Shown in pieces: positions 12,290-23,673 of a stretch of 35,498 bases of DNA (positions within the stretch are counted from its first letter, which is position 1; each line of letters opens with the position of its first letter). Under the pieces are notes generated by a model that saw nothing but the letters and a program-made list of their open reading frames with translations, ran no database searches and was not told the DNA's origin. Made by a program: the position numbers and the translations under genes. Origin of the DNA: Bigelowiella natans CCMP2755 (taxonomy: Eukaryota; Protista; Cercozoa); contig ADNK01000527.1 of the NCBI GenBank assembly GCA_000320545.1, positions 1 to 35,498 on the forward strand, written 5' to 3'.

Positions 12290-14450
12290 ATGAGGATCAT
12301 CTTAATAGCCTTAACAATCCTTCCAAGGTGTGTGAATCGAGCAACTAGGTATCTCTTACCTTGATGTTCTCACTGTGGTTCTTTCTCTGCTCCGTCAGTG
12401 TCTTGGGGTTCCCTCCATTTACACTTCCAATATGCGCCACCGTCTCGAAGGGCGAGCATGCGATGCTGGAGGTGTTGATATCTGAAGGAATGACTGTGGA
12501 GGATTTGCAGACAGAGGTCTCAAAGCTAATAAGCAGCATTCAAAAGAACGACTGGGATAACTTTAAAGTCGCCCTTAAGTCTAAAGGTGGTGCTCCTGTC
12601 TCATACAAGGAATTTTTTGTAACTTTGAATTTGACTCGACCATATTTCTCCTCGCTATCATTCCTGTAATAGTCAGCATCATCGTCGTCGTAATCATTGT
12701 TTTAATAGTAATAATACAAATATCGTTATTATCATCATTATCATAATTATTACCTCAATCCCCTAAACTACAAAACAGGTGTTGTGTGTAACGCAATGCA
12801 AACTATAAGCATCGATCCCGCCCATCAAAGCAGTAGGGACTACTGTTATATAGAGAAAGCCGATGACGAAATGCGAAAATTCCAAACTGAATCCATGCCA
12901 AAGGTAGTAAGAAGAACTCTCTGTAAGAAATCTGGTTGCTCGATGACGGGGGAGGATTTTGCGAAATGGTTTTTTTGGCATATCACTATTTTTTTTCAGT
13001 GATTTGGGTGTTCTTTGCGAGCAAAAACTGCCTTAATTATCACCCGCCTTTTCGTGCAAACTTTCCTTGAAATTATGGCGTTATTCTCTATTTTGCAGAC
13101 AATAACTGTGAGACAATGTCGTCCTGAGAGCAGCGGTGTCGTAATCGCGAGATGGCTGAAAATGACGTAAGCCCTCTCCCTCCCCCCAATGCCGTGTTTG
13201 TATGTGTAAATGGGGTTGGGAGTATGAATGAGGGTGAATCATAGCCAGGCCTGTTAACGTACTGTGATGATTTCTTTGTTGCTAGTGTTGCTGATGTTGT
13301 CAAAAACCTCTAATCCACTCGCCAGAGATGACGAGAAGAAGCGGGCAAAAGAACAATTCAACGAAGAGATGCAGGTCGGCCACGAAGTGGACTTCACAGC
13401 GGGGTTTTACGAGAAGTATTTGGTTGCCGCTCGCAAGTGTGAGCAAGGGAGAAACTGCGAAGAACTTCCCGATCAGAACGAAGACGGAAAGCCGGTGTTG
13501 ATGCTCGTGCTATTCCCGAGTGCATCGGGGAAGACAAGATCCACGTCGACATTTATTAAAGACATCCTGGCCGCCAACGGTAGTAGGAAACCCTAGCAGC
13601 TGTGCAATGCAATGATGGGGGATTTCGACCTCTCTGCGACTCAAAATAGCGCGCACACAGATAGGACAGACGCATACGTGTCAGCCTCTAGAACGTCTAG
13701 ATTAACAATGTGCTAAAAGATGACCTATCTTTCCGTGATACAACAGGATTGAGCTCGATGGCCTTTTACTCTGTGGATGGAGGGCTGCTCAGAGAGGTGT
13801 CCACGATATGGGAGCTTTGGCAGACGCATTGCCTGCACAGAGTGGACTCCCTCGGATGCTCGGAGCTGAACTCGGTTGCCAAGACAGGTGTGTGTTATCG
13901 CCATCATCGTTTCTGTTAATGTTCGTTTAAGTTTAATGCGACGAAGAACCTGACGAGCACATTACATGCGGATATCCATCTGCTTTTCAAATCTAATAAA
14001 TGTGGGCATTTCTCAGTTGTATGTGCTCATGGGCGTTGATTTTCATCTGATTTCGAGCTGCCTTTCTCTCTCTCTCTCTCTCTCTTCCCCCATCTTCTCC
14101 TCACCCCCCCCCCCCTCCCTCTCCAACGACGATTTATAAAAAGGCATGCACCACGCCAAGGCATCGGTCTACCAGCATCTATTTCGCGAGAAGAAGAACA
14201 TCATGATAGTAGACACAGCTGCAGACTTCGGCATAACGCTCAATCCGAAACCCGGGGACCAGTACGTCAAAGATGATCTGAAAGCACTTGCGCCCAGTAT
14301 TATGCAGGAGTATCGTGTCATCCCTGCGGCCGTTTACGCAAGGAAAAATCAGTATGTCGTTGTGTGAAGCGTAGCAGAGTATTAGTAGTGGCGGTAGCAG
14401 TAGTAGCAGGAGTATTAGCTCATTCAACGATTAGCTTCGATATAATCGTG

Positions 14451-14508
<58 letters not shown>

Positions 14509-16365
14509 CGTGTATAGCCGATGAATTATTCCGAATGTAAAGTCAGTCGAAATGGGCGATGAGAAAATATTGAGCGCTTCCTTGGGCATGCACATCACTC
14601 TTTACATTACACCACGATAGTGAAAATCTCAGTTATGAGTTTCTAGTACGGTGAGATAAAGACATCTAAAGGAGTATATTGTGCAACATCGATAAGGTGT
14701 TTCGTTTCCGGGAAGACCCGATCTTCGTCGGAAGGTGGAAGAAAATACCCTAGAGAGAGCCGTCATTATCATCGTGGTTGTGTTGCTGCCGCTCACACTA
14801 GAATAGCCTTTCTCGTTGCGACCACCCCATCACCGCGAAAGACGAGGGGGATAACACAACAAAACTTGTATATCTTTCTGGAGAATGGGAGATATAGAGT
14901 AATTTGGTGTTGCGTATATCGTTTCGTAGGGAAGAAGTTCCCAAATAACGGCTTCAAATTCTGGTGGTCTTGGGAGGCTGGAATAAGGGTGATTCACGTC
15001 ACATTGCGATGCGCGAAACGCACTTCTGCATTCTTTGCCAGCGCATCTGATACTGCTCAATGATGCTCGATGACCGTTCCTCCAACCTCTCTAAATCAGG
15101 CTATTTCGAATATATTCTCTCACCTGGGGTCGCTGGATGGGGTTAAGCAAAGCACTTTCGCTCTTGTTCGGAACAACTACATGTAATAATGATAGTAACG
15201 ATAATGACGAGAGAATGATTAGTAGCAATTGTAATACTACGAGGGGAAGAAGTAGAGTCTAGAGCTAATATTCGTGACGACGTATAAATCGGATCTCAAG
15301 GGAAATCGCGGTGCTGCCACACAAGGAATTACGCATCTAGTTCTCCTTTTTCTCCGAGTTGAAACCTGAACCCTCTTCGCGCATAATATCAATACAAAAT
15401 TTGGAAATACACTCCGTATATCGTTTTCTATCAATTCTTGATCCCATTCATTTTATGTGCATTTCTTACGTCAATGCTGTAGGTACCAGAGCCCAGCAGG
15501 AATCGCGAAGGAATGCAAGGAGAACATAATGCATCACATCGATTGCGGCGGTGTGCCTAAGATGTCAAGCCAATACATTTTCGCAAAGACTTGAGATAAA
15601 AAAACTCCGATTGTTTTCCTGAGCCGTCATAAAGCTAGCAACTTGCAGTGGTTTTCGTTGTGCATTCAGATTCACATTGTGCAAATTTCTCTCATGATAA
15701 TACTGAAATATCTTGATTCTGAAATGCGACACGTCCGTCATCGTGCCTTCTCTGTGCTGAATCCAGTTTCTCAGGATGTTGATGTTTTGTCAGAATTCAT
15801 TTTTACATTGCCGATGATTGTTGTTGTCATCGTCGCTTTAAAAGGTACCGGTCTCACGTTGTTTCCCCCACCCCACAATTGCAAGTTGGTCTTCAAAAAG
15901 TTCTCTAAGTCTGCCACAGAGGCGAACAGTGATGATTATTTGATCACTCCTTCAAATACTGATTGCTACGGGCCAGAGACCTCTGGAGATTCAGAGATGA
16001 TGAGCTGGGGGAAATGTACTCCCAATCATCAATCCAGCGGTAATGACCGTGCGCACGGACATTCGAGCACACACATGCACACATCTAAGTTTTTCCAGAA
16101 TTGTTGCGCAACAACATCCCACATCTAACTATGACCCCCCGCCACTTGCATCCAAAACATGTGCACAGGTGAGAGCGTGTGCGCGCAAGTCGAATGGTCT
16201 GGAACGCAGCATTTTATGGACAACACACAATGCCCTGATGCCCACACGTGCTGTGGCCTCAACGGGTCCAGGAGAGGTCACCATAGTCGTTCGTCTGCCT
16301 CCTCTCGAGTGCACCTTTCCCACCGGCGAAACTCATCCGCAGCAACAGGGATGCTGATGCCGTAG
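12290..16365 (+). CDS. Signal-peptide-bearing zeta-toxin-like P-loop kinase-fold protein with possible Cys-rich C-terminal module; multi-exon
   Basis: Exons 1 and 2 give the signal-like MRIILIALTILPSVLG-FPP. The core reads KPVLMLVLFPSASGKTRST (13513-13536), FYSVDGGLLREVS, KKNIMIVDTA, YRVIPAAVYA, CFVSGKTRSSSE|GKKF and FALVRNN, which is the element order of zeta toxin/AAA_33-like kinases. The 3' end is ambiguous: either a stop at 15594, or continuation via phase-compatible exons (~15920-16040, 16169-16365) encoding a Cys-rich segment. Confidence 0.6.
14451..14506. repeat. Compound (TA)n(TG)n microsatellite
   Basis: Directly visible in an intron of the zeta-like gene. Confidence 0.95.
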
Positions 16366-16854
16366 CAGCAGAGATCATTTGATTTGCCGAAGTCTCAGCA
16401 GGCCACTTCAAGCGAGAAGGCAGTTCGTTTCGTGTTCACATGCTTCTGTTTGCATCGCGAAGACATCTCAAGTGAGATTTCGCATCATCTTTACATTTGC
16501 AACCCATCAGAAGTTGATGAATTGATGTCGATCAGTCATTACTCTGTCATGCACATCCAAGCCCGCCTATTGCATGTGATGTGCGTTGGAACTTAAATTG
16601 TCGCCCCGCCGGCACTCGTAGATCCCTGCTAGCCTGGCGTATCAACTAGAAATGTGGCCGGTAGGTGCAGCGCGACATGTTGCGATTTTATTTGTTCGCA
16701 CAAGTTACATGCACGCATCTGCTTGCGCGCACATGCTAGATACCGTAAATCGCTCATCGCACACTTATGTGGACAGCGAGTGTCAGGCACTCTGTTCAAT
16801 GTCAACTTCTAGATGTTAGCATCAGATAAGGAGCAACATGCAGCTAACCCTAAA

Positions 16855-17946
16855 TCACACTATCACAGCCTGATATGCCTCCTTAGCACGTTCGTACGCT
16901 TCCTGAGTACATAGATCAAAATCTATTTTAGGAGCGACTGTGGAAATTTTCGTTATTTGAAGAAAATGTACCTCTGCAGCTGGTTTATCCTTGAGGCGCA
17001 TTGCGTTGTCGAATCGATCTAGATCACCTATGTGTTTGTTGTTAAAGAGGAAAATAAATATGCTACCATCTTTTGTGGGAGAGCTAGAACATATGTCAGT
17101 GTATACTGTTCATCGGACTTAGAAATTGCTGGGTCTTCTTCAGAGCCTCAGTTCGTCCTGGGCCGGATTTGCTGCATCATTTCAGGCACGTTGCAATTAA
17201 TACGTGCATGGAGGCAAAAGGATGGCATTCATGAAAAGTCCGTATGCCCGTTCAATCATCGCGCACTCGATTTATATGAATAGCACCTGGTTGCAATCGT
17301 TCGAAGGTCGAGGCGCATGGTTCCTGCCGAGCGGCGAAGAACGCCCCTTCCGTCTTCCCATGCCCCCTTCTTCATGAAGGCGCCTGAGAAAGATCATGGC
17401 GGTGTAGCTTCAGATCAACTCGGGGAAGTAGAAAAAGGAAAGTACCAGCCTCATCAATCTTCTTGCCAGCAGCTATAAGACGAACTTTAGTCTTATCGAG
17501 ACTCTCTCGAGCCTGGAGAATACCTTCTCGCAATCGAATGTCAGCCTAAAGGGATTCGAGGGCGTTCCCACACAGAAAAACAATTCGTCTCTCAACGCTT
17601 CACCAATTTGACGTAGTCCTCGTTTACCGTTGTGTCTGCTGCTTGGTTGAATCGATCGAATGCAGGTTTGCTGTATCGATGGTCGTTCAGATCTGGAGTT
17701 TTGAGTGCCAATGCTCCTCTTGCAGCTCCGAGAGAGGACAGCCCGATGAAGGTTGTGATGGCCTGGATGATGTGGTGAGTGAGTGTCCCAACAGTTAGCT
17801 CACACACTACAATGTAATACCGTACGACGCGAATTAATGGGAAGAGAGTGTCTCAACTTTGGGGGTGCCGCGGTGCCACAATTGACGGAAAGGAGAACCG
17901 TAGCAACAACCGCTGCAATGGATAGGAGTACAATGCGTTTCTTCAT
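16855..17946 (-). CDS. psbQ: Photosystem II oxygen-evolving enhancer protein 3 (PsbQ), nucleus-encoded, with signal peptide and twin-arginine lumen-targeting domain; 7 exons
   Basis: Spliced product: MKKRIVLLSIAAVVATVLLSVNCGTAAPPKLRHSLPINSRRT|AITTFIGLSSLGAARGALA-LKTPDLNDHRYSKPAFDRFNQAADTTVNEDYVKL|ADIRLREGILQARESLDKTKVRLIAAGKKIDEA|GAFMKKGAWEDGRGVLRRSAGTMRLDLRTIAT|SKSGPGRTEALKKTQQFLSPMN|NRFDNAMRLKDKPAAE|EAYERAKEAYQAVIV*. It aligns by eye with chlorophyte PsbQ (REGxxQARxSLDxTKxR, WxxxRxxLRRxxGTxRxDLxT). All introns are GT-AG and in phase. Confidence 0.92.
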
Positions 17947-18520
17947 CGCGGAGCGGGGCATTCTCATTTGCTTTTCAAAGTCAGAGCTTGGGCGGGATGG
18001 GCGATGTGGCTTTCGGATTTTGCGATCGTGCAAGCTAGCCCCAGGGGCGCTTACGGACTTCCTTGAAAGTCACACGTGCTCTTTCGGAAGCTCGACGGTC
18101 AAAATCAGCAACCTTCCGTCCTTCACAAAGCGGTCCCACTGCCGCCCATTTCGGACCTTCGACACGCCAAATAGCCGCAGACACGGTGCCAGAGCACTCT
18201 TGCCCGTGAGCAGCAGTGCAGCTGGCGGCTGTGGACCGTGTAAACACGGGACAACCCCCCTTTGCCGTTGCTTCTTGGTGCTCTACTTGCCTACCCTTCT
18301 CCTGCCGAGGAAATTATGGTTTTGGAGCACCATACAGGCCAATTCCATGCTGCGACAACCACGAAACACCGCTGCTAGGCTGTGCGACCGGTGGCGCTGG
18401 CCTGAGGCTTTTTGAGGTATTTGATGGCCGCTCGTGCGTAAAATCACAGGGGATTTTTGTCTTGAGACAACCTCCAAAGAACGGTTTTCTCTAGTTTCGC
18501 ACTCGGGCATTCGCTCTTCT

Positions 18521-18560
18521 CGCCTCCGAACCGCCTCCGAACCGCCTCCGAACCACCTCC
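18521..18560. repeat. 11-bp tandem repeat (CCGCCTCCGAA, about 3.5 copies) just upstream of the methyltransferase start codon
   Basis: cgcctccgaa-ccgcctccgaa-ccgcctccgaa-ccacctcc is visible directly, ending 7 nt before ATG 18568. Confidence 0.8.
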
Positions 18561-18567
18561 TCTCCTC

Positions 18568-19230
18568 ATGGCGGAGTCGATCAGAGTGGGTGTTCTGGAT
18601 GGGGATATCCCCGTCCTGCCGCCGCTCGTCATTCTCGGGTCCTTTATCTCAGCTATGGGACTCGCGGTGTGCTTGGGCCAGAAACCGTTCCTTCCGTGGT
18701 TCCTTCAACCGGTCGCGTTGCGGGTAGTAGCTGCTGCTCACATGATGTGTCGTAGAATGTATTCATGTTTCTCTTCCCTGCTCCCTCTTCCTCTCTCCAT
18801 CTCTTATCTAGGTGACAATTCTAGCTGTCTTCGTGTATGCGTTTGCTGAGTATCACAAAGCAGGTGCCAATGCGCTTCACAACGCTGGCAGCGGAGTCAA
18901 ATTTACCCCAGTCAAGGGGCTGGCAACGAAGGGCCTTTATTCATTTACCAGAAACCCCCTTTACCTGTTGGTCTCTATGGTGCTCCCGATTTTATCCGTT
19001 GTATTTGACACGGCGTGGTTGCTCATACCAGCCCCACTGTTTGTGTGTTACTTGCACTTCGTCGTAATACCTGTCGAAGAGGCATTCCTGGTGCCCATCC
19101 CCATATTAATCGTTTTTGTAGAACTAACAAAATATTTTTTTGAGTCCCTGAACTTATTTTCGTGTAGGAGCAAAAGTTTGGCAAAGAGTATCTTCGGTAC
19201 TGTGAAACGACGCCGAGATGGCTGTTCTAA
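18568..19230 (+). CDS. Isoprenylcysteine carboxyl methyltransferase / phospholipid methyltransferase (ICMT/PEMT, Ste14-like) family membrane protein; 3 exons
   Basis: Exons 18568-18723, 18812-19090 and 19168-19230 give ...VLPPLV...LATKGLYSFTRNPLYL...VIPVEEAFL|EQKFGKEYLRYCETTPRWLF*. The family motifs L-x-T-x-G-x-Y-x-x-x-R-[NH]-P-x-Y and EE-x-x-L-x-x-x-FG-x-x-Y-x-x-Y-x-x-x-x-PRW are present. Confidence 0.9.
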
Positions 19231-19904
19231 TACGAGCTTTGTAGGTATTGTATGTTGCTAGAGCTGCTAAAGCGTGTGCCCGTACTTCATACGCTGAATT
19301 TAAAGTACATGTGAAGACATTGCTAATGTAGATACACGTGTATGTATGGATAAACTACGCTAGCGCTAGCGCTACATGCGTATGCACACCGTGTGACTGT
19401 GTGCATCATACATAGCTAAACAGTGCAATTTTGATGCATGACCCGCATTCAAATGATGAGTCCTGCAGCGGCCCATGAATTAGCATAGCGTTGAGAATGA
19501 ATCGCGCGTACATCTTTACGCCCTTGCTAGATGTCTAATGACACACTAAAACAAAAGCAATGCAACAAGCTAGCAAGCTCCGAATCAAATCATGATGGCG
19601 GGCTAGCGGGCTAGCGGGTCTCACATCACTACTAGATCACGCCAGCGGACACATCAGACGTTGAATTCGCAAACATGAAACACACACTTGCAGAAACAAA
19701 CAACATGATCTTAGTGCTGTAGCAGCCGCATTGCACAGCTAGACAGCTATGTCAGGATGCGACCATTGAAAAAATGCATCATTTATCACCCCGCCGTCTC
19801 ATGCATGCATGTGTGCGTAACATTTCGGATTTGAACGATTGCGCAATAAAGATCTCCTCAGGTCTTTACAAACTTCCTCCTTCGAAGCTATACCTGATAC
19901 CAAC

Positions 19905-21203
19905 CTAAACTTTCTCGGCTTCCTCTTCCTCTTCTTCCTCATCTGCACTGCTTCTGTTCATATGATCATGATTTGAAAGCACACTCATATTTCTAATAGT
20001 AATTATGTAAAGGTTATGAAATACAAGTACACATGCACATGATGCACTCGATCACAAATATGTATCCCCTCCCTCCCCCCCCCTGCCCCCCAAAACACAC
20101 ACACACACACACACTCACTCACTCACTCACCCAGCCTCCTGAGCTTCAGCAATGAAATCTTTGAAATCGAACCCATCCAACCCGTCTTTCGCCTGAGGTG
20201 TATCTCGCACCTGAACATAAGCGTAAACGCCATTCAAATGTCAGTCACCAGGAGGATAGCACTTGCTCATAGTGTGGTTTCATGAGAGTGAATGGTTGGC
20301 TGATGCTTGCCCCTGCCTCGCATTCTCATTTTAGCCGTACCGTGTATTCCTCTTCGGGTGTTGACTCCAAGAGCATCGGCTTCTCTTTATCGTCGTCCGT
20401 TCCTTCGTGTCCTCCCTCTTTGGCTTTGCCGGAGTCCTGTGAGAGGTCCGCACCACTATCTTCCACGATCTGATTAGCGATTAAGATTCTCAGCGCTACG
20501 ACGAAGCATATTAACATTATATATGTATCTTTATATGTACATATATTTACATTAATACCAGCTCCATTTGTGTTCGGTTGCGAATGTGTGTTGGTAGCCA
20601 CCAGTTCCGATGCGTAGGCACCTGCAACGATGACGGCGGTGGTAGTGTTGTTGTTGTTGATGATGATGATGATATGATGATGTTGTTGTTGTCACGCCCC
20701 GACCGAGGGCATACCTGAATCCATCCTGGCTGCCTTTCGATACCATTAACTAAAATCACAAAAAAGAACGACGTATCAAGCTTGTACAAGTGCGAGAAAG
20801 TTGTACGCGTGCTTGTCGTTTGTGCGCTGCTGTTTCGCTTTTGACTCTCGACATCTTCATCTTCCTTCCCTCCCTCCGTTCTTTACGTCTATCTCTCTCT
20901 TCCCTCCCCCCAAAATTTTGTTCTTGCTTTTTATCACCGGCGAGAAGGCGTGCTACCTACCGGTGTGATTAGGCAGGAGGTACGTGATGTTGGCTTGGGG
21001 CGGGTACTTTCTATCAGCCCTGTCGTCGTGAACATATCAATACTCTTGTTAGTGCCAGAAGGTGCTATTACAAATCTACGGTACCGCAGTAAACGAACTA
21101 ATATAGCTGCTGCTCGGCCCTGTCCTCAATTTGTTAGGAAGAGGGTGGTGAGGAAGCTTCTTCTATTCTCTAATGCTTTACTCATCTCCCTTCCCTGCCA
21201 ACG

Positions 21204-21242
<39 letters not shown>

Positions 21243-21684
21243 AATTACCTTTTCGAAAGATTCGCTTCGAGCCGAAATGCTATCCCACTCGCCCCGACGA
21301 CACGCCAGAGACCGATCTCCGTTTCTCTGCAAATAGTAGCAGAAGTAGTAGCAGTAGTAGCAGTAGTAGCAGTAGTAGCAGTAGTAGCAGTAGTAGTAGT
21401 AGTAGTGGTAGTAAGTGGGCGGAGAGGAGGAATGGCAGGTGTGCTAATGCATTCATTGTTGTGCTTTTCTGGAGAATCAGCGTGACGCAGATTGTGAGAT
21501 TGCGAGTGTTTTGTTCATCGTCGTCGTCGTCATTTTGAGAAAAGAGGGAGGGGGTAATCAAGAACAACAACAACAACAACCGAGTCGCGAGTTCCTCATA
21601 GTCCTCGAATTCCTTCTGGTACCGGCGCAGCGCCCCTTCCAGATCTTTCTCTGAGACATTGTGATGACGACGACGCCAACGTTA

Positions 21685-21720
<36 letters not shown>

Positions 21721-22585
21721 AGGAAGGGTTATGATAAAGACGCCCGCCCATAGTGATAGTGCGAGATGGTAGTGGAGGAAGAGGTGGTGGTGGTGGTGGT
21801 GGTGGTGGTGGTGGCGATTGCACGCCACGCATACATCATATTGTATTCGTAGTGTGTGTTGATGTGGGAGATTTATTTCTGGCTCATGCTCTGCGATCTC
21901 CTCCTCCTCCTCCTCCTCACACTTCTACAAGCAACTATTGGCTACCTTCCTCTTCCGTATCGAAACCTTCATTCTCACCCAATGCGCCCTGGACAACGCC
22001 ACCAATCACAATCAAAGCGACCAATGAATACGCGAAAGAATAATCCGTGGAAACAACTGCAGCATGGTATCGGAGAACACAGCGGCTGCCTCTACATTTG
22101 CTGAATGCAGGCTGTTTGCGTAGATATCTGGCTATCTTACTCACCGAGAACACATTGCGAGATGCACAATTTACACCCGATACAAAATAACATATGAAAT
22201 GTGCAAGAAGCGTACAAGTTTCCGGAGTTTTCTCCGCTCCTTTCGCTCGGTCTTTCTCTTCTCCTTCTCGCTCAGTTCCCGGCACCTGCGATGTATCAAC
22301 AGCAGCGGGTCACTAGCAACCCTGGCCATGGGGGTTTTCCGACATTTAATGAGCGAGAAGCTGCGGTGAATAAGGGGGAGATTTTGTGGAGGCGAGGATC
22401 GCTGACCAGTGATTATAAACTTCAAAGTCCTGCGGGGTGTACGAGAATGCTATGGAACACACAAACAGCGAAGAGGTAGCAAGAAGAATGCGTTTGGTGC
22501 GTAGTGGGAGCAAGCGAAAACCTCCATTTTAAATGTGTAGGACCCGGATGTATTCGAATCATTTCGCCATCTAATGATACCATAG

Positions 22586-22627
<42 letters not shown>

Positions 22628-23673
22628 TACTACTACTACTACTACTTTCTTTATCGGTATCACCACCTTGGCGCAGAACCCGGTGATTCGCGTAACAGAA
22701 CGTGCAGCTGTCGGGGGCCGGCCATATGCGTAATTAATACACAGGTACTCAAAACACGGAACCACATTAGCGATGGCGTATCAGGACAACACAAACGCAA
22801 GCATGCGGCTGTCTATCAACCACAATGTGTGCCTGTAGCATGCATGCATTACAATTTCGGTACTTGTTGATTCGTTTTGATGTTCTGCCCTCTTGCTACT
22901 AACGTTTACCGCCCCTCCATTCAAAAACCAAGATTCACAATGATTGTATGAACATTTGGTAAATTGGTTCCTGGATCCCCCACCCCACCCCCCCAAAACC
23001 CATCCCTAAGTCTTACGACCAGACAAAAGCGTAGCGCTGCTTGGGACCAGACTCCGACTCCCTCTCGTTCAAACACCTGCACCAACGCGTGTGAGTGGAC
23101 TGAAGAACTATACAACCAGTCGCGACCACAACGACGGCGGTAGAGTGGAGAAAACAACATCGTGTGTGTCGATTTTACCACCGATCCTTGGTGGCCGCGC
23201 AACCGTTATCGCGGAGGCGTTCGAAGTTAAACAGAATGATTGGGCGCTCTATGCTTACATGTTGAATTCCAGGGCGTTCCTTTTCTCACACTTCGGGCAG
23301 GTGAAACCGGATACCTGTGTATGTAGCAGGGGTGGATTCATTCGGTTTGGCCGGGGAAAATGCGTCGGCGTATGTGATTGCGCCTGGGATCATCTCCTCA
23401 AAAACCGACCTTCCGCCTCCTCTTCACGGGTTGGGCCTTCCTTCTACTTCTCACTCCTCCTCGCAGCCGCGCTAATACCCCCGGATCTTCGTCGTGTGTT
23501 GCAGGGGAAATAATGTCGTTTCGTCGCCCGCTGTTTTCATATTCCCTGATTCCCCGTAACCGAACCTTATCGCCAAGGCGTCTGACCCCTTCCTTGCTAG
23601 ACATGGACGCCATTGTCATCATCAGTATGGTGGTGGTGACGATTCCAAGAGAGGAGCGACAGGTTATCCCCAT
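19905..23673 (-). CDS. Elf1-like transcription elongation factor zinc ribbon with N-terminal leader (ending RLRGG) and C-terminal SH3-like and acidic extension; multi-exon
   Basis: Spliced product: MGITCRSSLGIVTTTILMMTMASMSSKEGVRRLGDKVRLRG...VLARLRGGVRSRRKAQPVKRRRK|VSGFTCPKCEKRNALEFN|MCLNERESESGPKQRYAFV(W)|xCTFCYANHRVLRQ|AFSYTPQDFEVYNH|WCRELSEKEKRKTERKERRKLRKL|GALGENEGFDTEEE|EKDLEGALRRYQKEFEDYEELAT|RETEIGLWRVVGASGIAFRLEANLSKR...NITYLLPNHT|VNGIERQPGWIQ|VPTHRNWWLPTH...|SSADEEEEEEEAEKV*. A basic patch followed by FxCPxC, CxxC and (D/E)VYxxW is the Elf1 pattern. Confidence 0.75.
21334..21412. repeat. Compound (TAG/CAG)n microsatellite
   Basis: (AGTAGTAGC)n grading into (AGT)n, intronic in the Elf1-like gene. 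Confidence 0.95.

Noticed and set aside
17783-18415. 210-aa plus-strand ORF
   Set aside because: It overlaps psbQ exon 1 antisense and the divergent promoter region, starts at a non-ATG codon and has no recognisable motif.
18568-19230. Assignment as MddA (methanethiol S-methyltransferase) or as true eukaryotic ICMT
   Set aside because: Only family-level motifs are visible, and the protein seems too short and lacks features that would justify either specific name.
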